DNA of 64,000 nt. Origin: Bacillota bacterium (lineage in GTDB: Bacteria; Bacillota; Clostridia; Christensenellales; SZUA-584). Below, one piece after another: positions 50,768-60,841 of this stretch (position 1 is its first letter; each line of letters starts with the position of its first letter). The notes under the pieces are model-generated. The model was not told the DNA's origin. It worked only from the letters and a program-made list of their open reading frames with translations, and searched no databases. The DNA lies in contig JAEWQS010000134.1 in the NCBI GenBank assembly GCA_023399095.1, positions 24,399 through 88,398 on the forward strand, in the 5' to 3' direction. Both the position numbers and the translations under genes were made by a program.

Positions 50768-53203
50768 CTACAATCCAAACGAGGAGGAAACAATATACAT
50801 TCTAGCCTTTTTTATTACTTCAGGGATATTCTTAATATAACTTCTGTAATAATTTTTCCCTTCTTCATTTAACTCATGCCATGGCAAAAAGCATTTATCA
50901 TCCATTTCAGAAGCTTCTATATCTTTATCTACAATAAGTTTATTAAACCTCTGAGCAAAGTCATCTATCAATTTATCTGGTATTGTTTCCAAAATTGGGC
51001 ATGGCACTTGTCCTGTATCAAAATCATAGTAAAGTTTGTATCCCCTCATAACTCTCCAACTCAATGCCGAAATGACTAATGAGGCTCTTTTTCGGTACTG
51101 TGCTTTTTCATCCTCAGGTAGTCTCGCCCATATGGATGTTGTTTCAGGGTTAGAAATGAAATATTCTGCTTCTGCTATCCTTTCAACGACTTCTGCTCTC
51201 ATAATATTTGTTAATACATATTTCATAAACTTTTTGGAATCAACATGTAATTCTAATTGTTCACGTGATGGTAAACAAGATTGCTCCCATTTTGATTTAT
51301 TTGTGAAATTACTCATTTCAATAATTGCTTCTAAAGAACGAATGTTATGCTTATATTCAGGAATATAAAGTAAAGCACTTAGTACACCATCGTCAATGTT
51401 AACATCTTTTCTTGAAATAATGTTCTTTACTTTTCTTTCAATAAGACTTCTTAGAATTATAGCTCTTTGAAGCATAAAAATATTATCATTCTCATTTGGT
51501 TCCTTGTTTATCCCTTGAATGTCAATATAGCCACGCAATCTGCTAACGAAATCAGGAACTTTTTTATTTTTGAAGTTCTCTTTTTTTGAAATTTTATTAA
51601 ATTCATCAAATGTTTCAGCTATTCCTCCAGCGAAAACAAATATGCATGGACCAAGGCTAAATCTAATGTTATCCTGCACAAAATACCCATCTTGCATAGG
51701 CATAAGAAATATTTGTAACCATTTTAGTTCCTCGCAGTCAAACTCATCAAAAAATACTAAAGGAGTATTACCAGATATAATTACGTCTCGTATTCTTTGA
51801 AAGGCTATACATAATTCTTTAAAATCTTTATATTGCGATAAATTGAACTCTAATTTTTCTATTTTTCTGGCTAATTTAGTATCTGATGCTACTGATTTAG
51901 CAATTTCTGATATCCCAAACGATTTCCCATTTCCGGGCTTCCCGAATACAGCAAAACATAATGGCCTTCCGGGCTTTTCACTCGTAAGATAGTTAAATAT
52001 GAGTTTCTTAATATCCAGATATCTTTCTATTTCATGTCGGTCAGCAGTCGTAAGATTCCCAATGGTAAGTACCGGAAAATTAGATAAGGTCGTGTCATAT
52101 CCATGAATCACAATCGTTTTAATATATTCTTCAAATGACTGATTCGGAATATCATCAATTAATCCTTTAACAATGCTCCATCTATCTATTCCAGCATAAT
52201 CGGGGACAACTATTTTTTTTAAATGACTACTTTTATTAACTATTTCGTGGTACCCCGATATAATTTCATAAGTATTATCGTTTTTAACAATACTGTAGCC
52301 TTGGTCGATAGAATATTTTGCTGAGGTAAGAGCACTACCTACGGAATTTTTGAGCGTTTCCCATGGGTCTTTGTCGCTTAGTGAGTTGAAAAATTCTATA
52401 GCTATATTGGCAACCATAATACCCCAAGAATCAGGTATATCTCCAAAAGCATTATTTCGTATATCGCCTTCAAATTTACTTGGAAGATACCATAGAGTCC
52501 TTGTATAATTAATATTATCAAATACTAGTGCGCCTTCTAAATCAAAATTAACAATAATAAAATTAGCTCGAAGTAATGAATGGAGATTTTCATTTCCTCG
52601 TATTTGCCATATACAATTTAATGCTATAGTTTCCCATGATGTGTTACTTGGAATTAAGGCTCCATTTTTTCTTAATACAGATGCATCAATAATTACTACA
52701 CAGTTTTCTCCCATTTGAATCATTTCATTAGTTGTTGGCAAGTCTTCTCTTGATATCCACATATAATAGCCATTGATATCTGGAATATTTCTTTTTCCTT
52801 TTTCTTTACTCCAAGCCCTATGCTTTTTGTTTTCATTCCATATTAATACCAAATTATTCTCTAAGGTTTTGTCGAACTTGATTGTCTCAGTATCAATGCC
52901 CCATTTTATTTGACCTGATTTATACCCCAACTTCTTGGTAACATAATAGTTTCCGTCTTTATGCTTTTGTATTTCAAGACATTCTTTATATAGTAAATCA
53001 GTATTAAGGTTCTCACCATCGACTGGAATTCCATTTTCTTTAAATGCTTCAGCAAGCCAATATGCCCCCGCTGGGACGATAATGGTTACATACTCTTCAT
53101 CATTAGTAAAATAAAATTCCCTCTTCCATGCATCACCAATACAATAAACAGAGCCTTTTGACAAAGCTATATCCTCCAATTTGTTATTAATATATTGTAT
53201 CAT
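50768..53203 (-). CDS. 811-aa AAA+ ATPase with an unknown N-terminal domain of about 400 aa and a C-terminal RyR-like domain
   Basis: This is an AT-rich islet. It has Walker A FGKPGNGKSF, Walker B LVFFDEFD and a sensor-2-like DFVSRLRGYIDI. The C-terminal LPWHELNEEGKNYYRSYIKNIPEVIKKARMYIV resembles RyR-domain repeats. Confidence 0.6.
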   Translation of the reverse strand: MIQYINNKLEDIALSKGSVYCIGDAWKREFYFTNDEEYVTIIVPAGAYWLAEAFKENGIPVDGENLNTDLLYKECLEIQKHKDGNYYVTKKLGYKSGQIKWGIDTETIKFDKTLENNLVLIWNENKKHRAWSKEKGKRNIPDINGYYMWISREDLPTTNEMIQMGENCVVIIDASVLRKNGALIPSNTSWETIALNCIWQIRGNENLHSLLRANFIIVNFDLEGALVFDNINYTRTLWYLPSKFEGDIRNNAFGDIPDSWGIMVANIAIEFFNSLSDKDPWETLKNSVGSALTSAKYSIDQGYSIVKNDNTYEIISGYHEIVNKSSHLKKIVVPDYAGIDRWSIVKGLIDDIPNQSFEEYIKTIVIHGYDTTLSNFPVLTIGNLTTADRHEIERYLDIKKLIFNYLTSEKPGRPLCFAVFGKPGNGKSFGISEIAKSVASDTKLARKIEKLEFNLSQYKDFKELCIAFQRIRDVIISGNTPLVFFDEFDCEELKWLQIFLMPMQDGYFVQDNIRFSLGPCIFVFAGGIAETFDEFNKISKKENFKNKKVPDFVSRLRGYIDIQGINKEPNENDNIFMLQRAIILRSLIERKVKNIISRKDVNIDDGVLSALLYIPEYKHNIRSLEAIIEMSNFTNKSKWEQSCLPSREQLELHVDSKKFMKYVLTNIMRAEVVERIAEAEYFISNPETTSIWARLPEDEKAQYRKRASLVISALSWRVMRGYKLYYDFDTGQVPCPILETIPDKLIDDFAQRFNKLIVDKDIEASEMDDKCFLPWHELNEEGKNYYRSYIKNIPEVIKKARMYIVSSSFGL

Positions 53204-53267
53204 AACTATTATTGGTAATAAAATAAAAAGTCATATTTATGGAAACATCAATTTATAAAAGAGTATA

Positions 53268-53321
53268 TTAAGAACGTCGATATTACACTCCACAGGATCT
53301 GTGCAAGATCGACGTTCTTAA
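53268..53321. repeat. perfect 14-bp inverted repeat (hairpin) upstream of the AAA+ gene
   Basis: TTAAGAACGTCGAT (53268-53281) and ATCGACGTTCTTAA (53308-53321) are separated by a 26-nt loop. Confidence 0.7.
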
Positions 53322-53831
53322 TTGTTCAAGGATTCAACTTGTTTGTTGTAAGGAAACAAAATAGTTTGGCAAAAATATGCCATAAAAAAGGCTCATTTCG
53401 GGGATTTAATACAAAAAAGATTGGCAAAAATAATTCCCTAACAGATTTATATCAGTATTTTATATTCTTGTCAATTGTTGATGTTCGCATAACTTCCTTT
53501 TTAATGTTGAGATCGTCACGACGAAGACAACCAAGGAGAGGAAATGGCTTAAGCCTTATATGGGTAATGCTCATGCTTCACTTACTCATAATCTCTATGA
53601 ACACTTCAAGAGCAGAGCAGAGCCATCCAATTTGCGATACTAACTCATACACTGCAACCGTATATCCAACGCTCCATATTTTTTGCATAATCCTGATGTT
53701 TACAACAAAGTTAACAGGATGATCCGCAAGAAATTAGTAGGTGTCAACGATATCAAAGCGCAACAAATACTTTTCTTCATGTAAAGCACCACGATAATCG
53801 GGTTCTACTGGACTCCTCACAGTAGGAAAGC

Positions 53832-54506
53832 TTACTCATCGACGAATAATATGTTTTTGTCAAAACGTTTTACAGATTCTATCAAACCTCCTATATCCTC
53901 TGATTTGAATAGGGCGCTACCCATAACAATAACATTTGCACCGTTCTCAAAGCATTGCTTTCCCGTAGTAAGATTGATTCCGCCATCCACTTCGATATTA
54001 ATGTTTTTGTTGCCAATAATTTTTTTAACCTCAGCAATTTTACTGAGCATACTCTGTAAAAACAATTGATTCCCAAAACCAGGCTCAACTGTCATGACCA
54101 AGATCATATGACAATGATCCAGATAAGGAATGATGGCTTCTGCCGGTGTACTCGGTTTTATCGCCAACGCAGCTCGGGTACCCGCTTGCCGAATACGATT
54201 AAGAGCTTTCAGCACTTCTTCTTCGGAGTCCGCTTCAACATGAACAGTGAGAATATCAGCCCCTGCATCGCAAAAATGCTCCACATAGCGAATAGGCTGA
54301 TGAATCATCATATGTACATCAAGAACAGCAGAAGCTGCTTTGCGGATAGACGAAACGGCATGCAAGCCAAATGCCATATTTGGTACAAATAAGCCATCCA
54401 TTACATCTATATGAATGTAATCTGCTCCCGAATCTATTAAGTGTTTAATATCATTGCCCAAGCTCATGAAATCTGCCGCTAGAATTGATGGTGCTACTTT
54501 AATCAT
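53832..54506 (-). CDS. rpe: ribulose-phosphate 3-epimerase
   Basis: The protein is 224 aa. It contains MIKVAPSILAADF...HIDVMDG.FVPN...DVHMM and VDGGIN. Confidence 0.9.
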   Translation of the reverse strand: MIKVAPSILAADFMSLGNDIKHLIDSGADYIHIDVMDGLFVPNMAFGLHAVSSIRKAASAVLDVHMMIHQPIRYVEHFCDAGADILTVHVEADSEEEVLKALNRIRQAGTRAALAIKPSTPAEAIIPYLDHCHMILVMTVEPGFGNQLFLQSMLSKIAEVKKIIGNKNINIEVDGGINLTTGKQCFENGANVIVMGSALFKSEDIGGLIESVKRFDKNILFVDE

Positions 54507-54864
54507 ATATTCTATTTCCTTTTATATTGTAACATCGCGCTATACAAACAGAAAGTTCTCACTCCACATCCGGCGTTGTATGAACGGCATAATCGTTTGA
54601 TGTACAAATACAATAAACGTTCGTATGAAAACAATACCAAGCCTATCCATGGAAACGATACAACTGTCTTCACAAAGACGTTCGACTAAGACAAAGACGA
54701 TGCTCAGCTTCCGCCATATTGCCGCACTGGATAGACTGGCTAGCCATATGCCGTTTTCTAAATGCAGATATTCCTTATCGATAGCAGAACCTGAGCCAAA
54801 GCAGCCTTGCGCGCTTTGGCTCACTTCCCACTGCTTTGGTTGTTACATTGTCCAAAGTTCAAAA

Positions 54865-57630
54865 CTAAGCCTCATCACCCAGTACCTGAAAGTTTAGTAA
54901 TTTGGGCCCTCCAGTCGGCGCGATGCCTGCATAAGGCACGATCTTAAAGTTTGTAACAGCAACCCCCGGTAAAATCTCAGCAAGGTTACCGGTACTGACT
55001 TTGTACACATCGCCCTGATTAGCATAATCATATACGGCGCGTTTCCCCGTATTGACCACACTCACGGGAATGCTGGCCGTTTCCCATGTTTCGCCGAAAT
55101 CGGCCGAGTAGAATAGCGTGAGGTCGTTCAGCGCAAGATCCGGATCGCCGATCTTTTCGTTAAGCCACATTTCAAACTCGGCGTGCACTTCATCGTAATT
55201 GTTTGTTGTCACCAGCATATTGGGCGTTGTAATCTGTATCCTTTCGCTGCGCGATACCCATATGATATATCCGGCAGTCTGCCCATCCACAGCAACCCCA
55301 AAATACCGCGCGGCACCCGCGTTGGAGCTCCATCCATCTGCATCCGTAATGCTTTGGAACGCCACATTCAGCAGCGTTTCCTCGCCAACCGGCGGCTCAG
55401 GCGGTGTATAATATCCGCCAATAACGGGATTGCCCGCGACATTGGTCACATCAGCATATGTGAAATGCTCATTTGTCACGGCATAAGTGCCCACTTTTAT
55501 AGCCATTTGAGCGCGCGTTATGACATGATTGATGCTGACGTTGTACATATCTCCTGCCACAGCTTGCTTAACAGTGGCGTAATTGGTATCCCCGAGCTTG
55601 ACCGCGGCTGCTACGCTTGGGCCACCCTCTTCGATCGTCGCATCGTGGATATTTTCAATGTCGATGTTATAGATTTTGTTGCCATCCTGCATGAGCAACC
55701 GTACAATATGATGACCGCCCATTACACGAGTATTGATATTGTATATCTGCACATCGTGGATATCGGTATCCTTGCCCTCGACCATCCACTTGGTATCAAA
55801 ATTGTGCAGAAGCGCAGTCAATGCGACGCTATCATCACCCGTGTCCCCCGTCAAATTGCTGATGGTAAAATTATTGCAGCCAATTCGCAAGTCCACGCCA
55901 TCTTGATTGGGTACATTATTACGACAGTCAAAATCGATGTTTGTAATGAGCCCATTGCGGCAAAATATATTGGTAAACGTCCACCACCGGGAATCCTTTG
56001 TCTTTAAGTCGCGAATCTCAAGATTATTTACGTTTCGCATAAATACAAGCGTATTATAGATTATATGCGGAAGACCGTTAGTCTCAGAGGTAGCTTCAGT
56101 CAAGCCATTGTGGTTACCGCCGTCCAGCATCGCGTTTCCAAGGCCGATGATTTTTATATTCTGCTGTTCCTGTGCGACAGTCAGCGTCTCGTAATACGCT
56201 GTTTCATTGCAGAAAATATTGCAGTAGACACCGTCAGCAAGACGCAGCGTGCAGTTGTTTATATATATTGTCATATCCGATGGCAGTTCAATAGCCTCGC
56301 CGATCACCCATACACTGCTCCCGTCACGCGGATTCACTTCGGGTATCGTCACCTGTGTCTGTCCGGCTGCTTTCGCGTTGTCAATCAGCGCCTGAATGAC
56401 AGGAGAATCATTGATCACAGGCACGGGCTCCGGGATAATTTCGTTCTCGCCCTTCGCCGAAACCGTAAAGTCCATCAGACGCATCGCACCCGCTGTGGCC
56501 ACTGCCGTAAAGGGAACGATCTTAAAGTTTGTAATCACCTGTCCGGGGGCGATATCGCAGAGGTTGCCCGTTGTATACGTATATACCGGCCCATAGTAAC
56601 CGCTGTATCCGACGATTTCTGCGGTCTCCCCTGTATTGACTGCCGTCAGCGGCACGCTCGCAGCCGACCATGTCGATCCGAAATTGGTTGAGTAATATAG
56701 CGCCGCGTTTGCAATATCAGGGTCGGGCGCACCCGCCGTCCCGACATGCCGCCAGATGGAAAACCGCGCGGTTACCTCGGTGTAATTATCCAAAGTCACA
56801 CTCATATCAGGTGTCACGCCATAAAGAAGATCGCTAAGACCTGATACCACGAACGTGACATAATCTTCCGCGTCACCGCCATCCACCGAGCACGAATAAT
56901 CGGTAATCAGTGCGCGGTCAGAGTTGGTCGTCCATCCCGATACATCGTTCGTATTGAGTGAATAAAGATCACCTGTATGCAGCACGGGCTCCGGGACAAT
57001 TTCGTTCTCGCCCTTCGCCGAAACCGTAAAGTCCATCAGACGCATCGCACCCACAGTGGTCAGCGCCGTAAAAGGGACAATCTTGAAGTTCGTGATGACC
57101 TGCCCGGGTGCGATATCGCAAAGGTTGCCTGTTGTGTACGTATACACCGGCCCATAGTAACCGCTGTATCCGACGATTTCTGCGGTCTCACCCGTATTGG
57201 TTGCTGTCAGCGGTATGCTCGCAGCCGACCATGTCGCGCCAAAATCGGTTGAATAATACAGCGCTGCGTCCGCAATGTCCGGGTCGGATGCACCTGAAGT
57301 TCCCACATGCCGCCAGATAGAAAATTCCGCAGTGACCTCGGTATACCTGTCTGTTGTCACGTTCATACCGGGCGTTGCGCCGTAAAGAAGATCGGTGAGT
57401 CCTGAGACCACGAACGTGACATAATCTTGCGCTTCACCACCGTCCACAGAACACGCGTAATCGGTGACCAGCGCACGGTCGGAATTTGTTGTCCATCCAT
57501 ATACATCGTTTGTGTCGAGCGAAAAAAGCTCACCCTCGTATGCAGCATCGGCAGCCATAGCCGGAGCCGCAAATCCGAAGATCATGAACAATCCCAAAAT
57601 CAGCGATAAAGTCTTTGAAATTTTCTTCAT
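54865..57630 (-). CDS. secreted right-handed beta-helix glycoside hydrolase-like protein (GH28-like) flanked by three Asp-box-containing modules
   Basis: The protein is 921 aa with signal peptide MKKISKTLSLILGLFMIFGFAAPAMA. The beta-helix core contains NQDGVDL, GDDSVAL and GGHHIV. The Asp-box SxDxGxTW occurs as YYSTDFGATWS, YYSTNFGSTWS and FYSADFGETWE. Confidence 0.65.
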   Translation of the reverse strand: MKKISKTLSLILGLFMIFGFAAPAMAADAAYEGELFSLDTNDVYGWTTNSDRALVTDYACSVDGGEAQDYVTFVVSGLTDLLYGATPGMNVTTDRYTEVTAEFSIWRHVGTSGASDPDIADAALYYSTDFGATWSAASIPLTATNTGETAEIVGYSGYYGPVYTYTTGNLCDIAPGQVITNFKIVPFTALTTVGAMRLMDFTVSAKGENEIVPEPVLHTGDLYSLNTNDVSGWTTNSDRALITDYSCSVDGGDAEDYVTFVVSGLSDLLYGVTPDMSVTLDNYTEVTARFSIWRHVGTAGAPDPDIANAALYYSTNFGSTWSAASVPLTAVNTGETAEIVGYSGYYGPVYTYTTGNLCDIAPGQVITNFKIVPFTAVATAGAMRLMDFTVSAKGENEIIPEPVPVINDSPVIQALIDNAKAAGQTQVTIPEVNPRDGSSVWVIGEAIELPSDMTIYINNCTLRLADGVYCNIFCNETAYYETLTVAQEQQNIKIIGLGNAMLDGGNHNGLTEATSETNGLPHIIYNTLVFMRNVNNLEIRDLKTKDSRWWTFTNIFCRNGLITNIDFDCRNNVPNQDGVDLRIGCNNFTISNLTGDTGDDSVALTALLHNFDTKWMVEGKDTDIHDVQIYNINTRVMGGHHIVRLLMQDGNKIYNIDIENIHDATIEEGGPSVAAAVKLGDTNYATVKQAVAGDMYNVSINHVITRAQMAIKVGTYAVTNEHFTYADVTNVAGNPVIGGYYTPPEPPVGEETLLNVAFQSITDADGWSSNAGAARYFGVAVDGQTAGYIIWVSRSERIQITTPNMLVTTNNYDEVHAEFEMWLNEKIGDPDLALNDLTLFYSADFGETWETASIPVSVVNTGKRAVYDYANQGDVYKVSTGNLAEILPGVAVTNFKIVPYAGIAPTGGPKLLNFQVLGDEA
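56413..57534 (-). repeat. tandem duplication of a 561-bp (187-aa) module inside the GH28-like gene
   Basis: aa 33-219 and aa 220-406 are near-identical (GELFSLDTNDVYGWTTNSDRALVTDYACS... vs GDLYSLNTNDVSGWTTNSDRALITDYSCS...). The antisense track ORFs 56065..56691 and 56977..57252 also mirror each other. A third, divergent copy lies at the C-terminus. Confidence 0.85.
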
Positions 57631-57836
57631 ATTAATATACTCCTTAATGTTTATTTAAGAGTAAGATTGCTTATTTTGTCTGCCTCGTTTAACTTTTCTA
57701 TCTTCCGATAGGGGTTTTCTTTTCTATATGATGAGGTCACAGGGAACTTGAGCGCGGCAGCGAAGATCAGAACCGTGAGCCGATCAGCTTATTATCACGC
57801 TAAGCTAATTCCAATTAAAATAAAGATCACAAAAGT

Positions 57837-59306
57837 TTAATGCATTTGGGCAATTTGCAGCGTCATATCGTATAGCTTGCAGAATTGCCTGTACTTTCTT
57901 TCGAGCAGCGCACTCCTGCGGGGTTTGAACATTCTATCGTATTTCACCGTTTGTTTAACAGCTTCATCATAATCTCGAAAAGTACCGTCTGATACTGCCC
58001 CAATTATGGCTGCTCCGAAGCAGGCGGCTTCTTTTTCTCTTGGTATGATCACAGGCAGATCCGTCACATCCGCCTGTATTTGGCACCACAACGCAGACCT
58101 CGCGCCACCTCCTGTTGCGATAATATAGGAAATATTTGTCCCCTTTGCTTTGATATCATCACAGTTCTTCTTCAACAGAAATGCAACGCCTTCCATCACT
58201 GAATACGCCATATCATAAGCATCATGCTGGGTTCTGAGCCCGTAAAAAACGCCACTGGCATTAGGGTCAAACTCCGGTGCATTCGTGCCAACAATATACG
58301 GCAGAAAAACCAGATCGTTTGGAGGACGTCTCTTTTCAATTTCCATATCAATTTCAGAATAGGGAACATCGTTCAGACAGATACTTTTGAACCATTCCAA
58401 GCAAGCGCCGCCACTCTCTGCCACCGGCAGCATCACATACGTGTCTGGTATAAAGCCATAATGCATGGCGATTCCTTGATAGGCTGAAACGGGCGATGGC
58501 GCCATCGTAGCTAACGCCATAACCGTACCGGTAGAAAGGCTTATGCTCCCCTCTTGCACGTTGCCTGTCCCAATCATGCCCGCAAAATGATCAAGCGTTC
58601 CCTCATTCACTTTGACTTGCTTTGGCAGACGCAGTCTATCTGCCACACACGCTCTTAATGGACCCGCAATGCTGCACGGTTCAATCAACGGCGGTAATTG
58701 GTCTTCCGTTATTCCACACGCATCCAGCATTTTTGTCCAATAGCATTTTTTATAAATATCAAAACAGAACGAAAATGTCGCAATCGAGCAGTCAGCAAAC
58801 ATTTTTCCCGTTAAGCAATACACCACATAGTCTTTCAGCAGCATAAATTTGGCCGCACGGGCGAAAACTTCCGGCTTATGCCGTTGAAGCCACAATATCT
58901 TTGTGGCAGGCCAAGTTGGCAATACGGCAAGCTGGCCTGTGACCGCTTCAAATTCCTCACCGGGAAACGATGCTTCGAGAAGACCGCATTCTTCCGCCGA
59001 CCGCTCATCCATCCACGATATGGCATTCATTAACGGAACTCCCGCTTCGTCCAGCACCACAAGAGATTCGGCCTGCCCTGTGAATATAATTTGTCTAATG
59101 GTCAATGCCGCTTGCTCAATCTTCGATTCCAAACCGGCTACAATATCAACGAGAAAATCCACATAGCTGCAGGCATCAAATTCTACAAAGCCGTTTGTTC
59201 TGTCGTAAACAACCGGCTTGCTGCTTCGCGCAATGCACTCCAGCTTTGTATTATAAACGGCCACTTTAATATTTGTGCTGCCTAAATCGACTGCAATAAA
59301 CCCCAT
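57837..59306 (-). CDS. FGGY-family carbohydrate kinase (xylulokinase-like)
   Basis: The protein is 489 aa. It has the N-terminal FIAVDLGSTNIKVAVY and a C-terminal ATGGGARS. Confidence 0.8.
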   Translation of the reverse strand: MGFIAVDLGSTNIKVAVYNTKLECIARSSKPVVYDRTNGFVEFDACSYVDFLVDIVAGLESKIEQAALTIRQIIFTGQAESLVVLDEAGVPLMNAISWMDERSAEECGLLEASFPGEEFEAVTGQLAVLPTWPATKILWLQRHKPEVFARAAKFMLLKDYVVYCLTGKMFADCSIATFSFCFDIYKKCYWTKMLDACGITEDQLPPLIEPCSIAGPLRACVADRLRLPKQVKVNEGTLDHFAGMIGTGNVQEGSISLSTGTVMALATMAPSPVSAYQGIAMHYGFIPDTYVMLPVAESGGACLEWFKSICLNDVPYSEIDMEIEKRRPPNDLVFLPYIVGTNAPEFDPNASGVFYGLRTQHDAYDMAYSVMEGVAFLLKKNCDDIKAKGTNISYIIATGGGARSALWCQIQADVTDLPVIIPREKEAACFGAAIIGAVSDGTFRDYDEAVKQTVKYDRMFKPRRSALLERKYRQFCKLYDMTLQIAQMH

Positions 59307-59353
59307 GAGCGTTCTCCTGTCAGGTAATTAAAAGGCATCGGAAAGCATGGCAC

Positions 59354-60826
59354 TTATCTGCGCCACAAATCGGACAAAACATTCAATGTCTTTTCCACCA
59401 GAATATCTCCGCCATCCGGGCCGCAGCTGGTTGATGCCGGCTTGCTGCTGTATGACCCGCCATCTACGGCATCTTGCGTGGGCAGATAGCCGCCAAGGCC
59501 GTTGGCAAGCTGAATAATAAACACCTGCTCTGCCTGTGCTCTTGCCTTGATGCGCAATGCATATTCGTGGAAAAGCTCAAACGGATTGGTCGCCACCGCG
59601 ACGTTACCCAATCTTAATATATGACACTTAAACGAATACTCACCGGAAATGCGCTGCTGTTCATAGCGGATGACGACGCCTTGAGGCTCAAAAGCGGCTA
59701 CCAGATCACCCATCGTCATTGGGTTTTCTGTGGAAAATTGAGCTTTGATCCGTTGAACCTCTTGCGCTGCTGTTTTGTATTCTTCCTCACTGACCTGCCT
59801 GATCGGCAATTCCATTTGAAGGACTTCATGCGCAATAACTGGAGTATAATCGATATAGTTGCGTGCCTTCTTCCAGCCCCTCACGACCGCTTCCGATATT
59901 CTGTCGGCTATTGCCTGACATTCCTCTGTCATGTCAAAATTACGCCAAACTTCTTTTGTTTGGCCACCCCATTCCCGAAGTTCTTTCTTATTCGTTTTGC
60001 TTATTTTCACCAGATCAATCGGCGATAAATCACCTGCTGCGCCGCATGCAGGCAGCACATACACCTGACCAAGCTTCTCTCTGATTTCATTGCGAGTAGG
60101 TGCCCAGAAGTCAGCCGATATAAATCGATGCAGTTCATAAACCTGAGACGGGCAGGGCACATTGACCACAATCCCTGTTAAACCTGCGTCTTCATCCCAT
60201 GTATAAAGCATATCAATCGATGTATCTGTGCCGCCTTCAAACTGAATAAAATCAGATCGTGAACAGTCGCCGTACATAATACTCTCTTTATGTCCGTTCT
60301 GTTTAAAAACAGGCCTCCGGTTGAAGCCGACAACCGCATAATCATGCGAATAACTGATACCACCCGGCTTACGTTTTTCCCAAGCACGGACAATAAGCGT
60401 ATACAAAGCCTCCACCAAAAACTGCTGCGCTTCATCCGAAGAAAAGAGGTCTTCCGGCATATCTATTTGCGGTAAGATCTCACTGCCATAAACATGCTCA
60501 TTCTCTTCACGCATAAAGTCGCTATGAAAATCCGTGGAATTATGACTATGTGTCACATTAAAGCTAATCTTATCAAAATCTATTTCTTTATGGCCCGCAA
60601 GCTTGCTCTTTAATAATTCCGAAGCATGCATCGGTACTTCTGTCATATCTAACGAGACAAACGTAACCTGTACATTTCCATTCTCTATAACAAGCGCCGT
60701 CGCCGTAATCGGGTCATGCACATATCCGGAAATTCTTTGATACATCTGCCCAAGCATAACCACCGGCCGGGTTGGTGTTATATTCGTTTGTGCCCATCCA
60801 ATTCTGATGTCTTTATGTTTTGTCAT
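59354..60826 (-). CDS. uncharacterised hydrolase-like protein (N-terminus resembles the neutral ceramidase family)
   Basis: The protein is 490 aa. The sequence IGWAQTNITPTRPVVMLGQMYQRISGYVHDPITATALVIENGN is the basis for the call. It lies within the sugar cluster. Confidence 0.4.
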   Translation of the reverse strand: MTKHKDIRIGWAQTNITPTRPVVMLGQMYQRISGYVHDPITATALVIENGNVQVTFVSLDMTEVPMHASELLKSKLAGHKEIDFDKISFNVTHSHNSTDFHSDFMREENEHVYGSEILPQIDMPEDLFSSDEAQQFLVEALYTLIVRAWEKRKPGGISYSHDYAVVGFNRRPVFKQNGHKESIMYGDCSRSDFIQFEGGTDTSIDMLYTWDEDAGLTGIVVNVPCPSQVYELHRFISADFWAPTRNEIREKLGQVYVLPACGAAGDLSPIDLVKISKTNKKELREWGGQTKEVWRNFDMTEECQAIADRISEAVVRGWKKARNYIDYTPVIAHEVLQMELPIRQVSEEEYKTAAQEVQRIKAQFSTENPMTMGDLVAAFEPQGVVIRYEQQRISGEYSFKCHILRLGNVAVATNPFELFHEYALRIKARAQAEQVFIIQLANGLGGYLPTQDAVDGGSYSSKPASTSCGPDGGDILVEKTLNVLSDLWRR

Positions 60827-60841
60827 TATTATCTGTCTCCA

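Noticed and set aside
53339-53722. A 127-aa plus-strand ORF in the gap between the AAA+ gene and rpe.
   Set aside because: It is on the opposite strand to all neighbours, has no RBS, and has an implausible composition (Cys/Ile/Phe-rich with a basic run). It is treated as non-coding or decayed DNA.
54540-54824. A 94-aa minus-strand ORF between the GH28-like gene and rpe.
   Set aside because: It has no RBS, a hydrophobic and odd composition, and contains the 9-bp hairpin GAGCCAAAG/CTTTGGCTC. That hairpin is more plausibly the 3' structure of the upstream gene, so the ORF is not called.
55183-56691. Plus-strand ORFs of 274 aa and 208 aa inside the GH28-like gene.
   Set aside because: They are antisense shadows of the 921-aa gene. 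Their mutual similarity simply mirrors the tandem duplication on the other strand.
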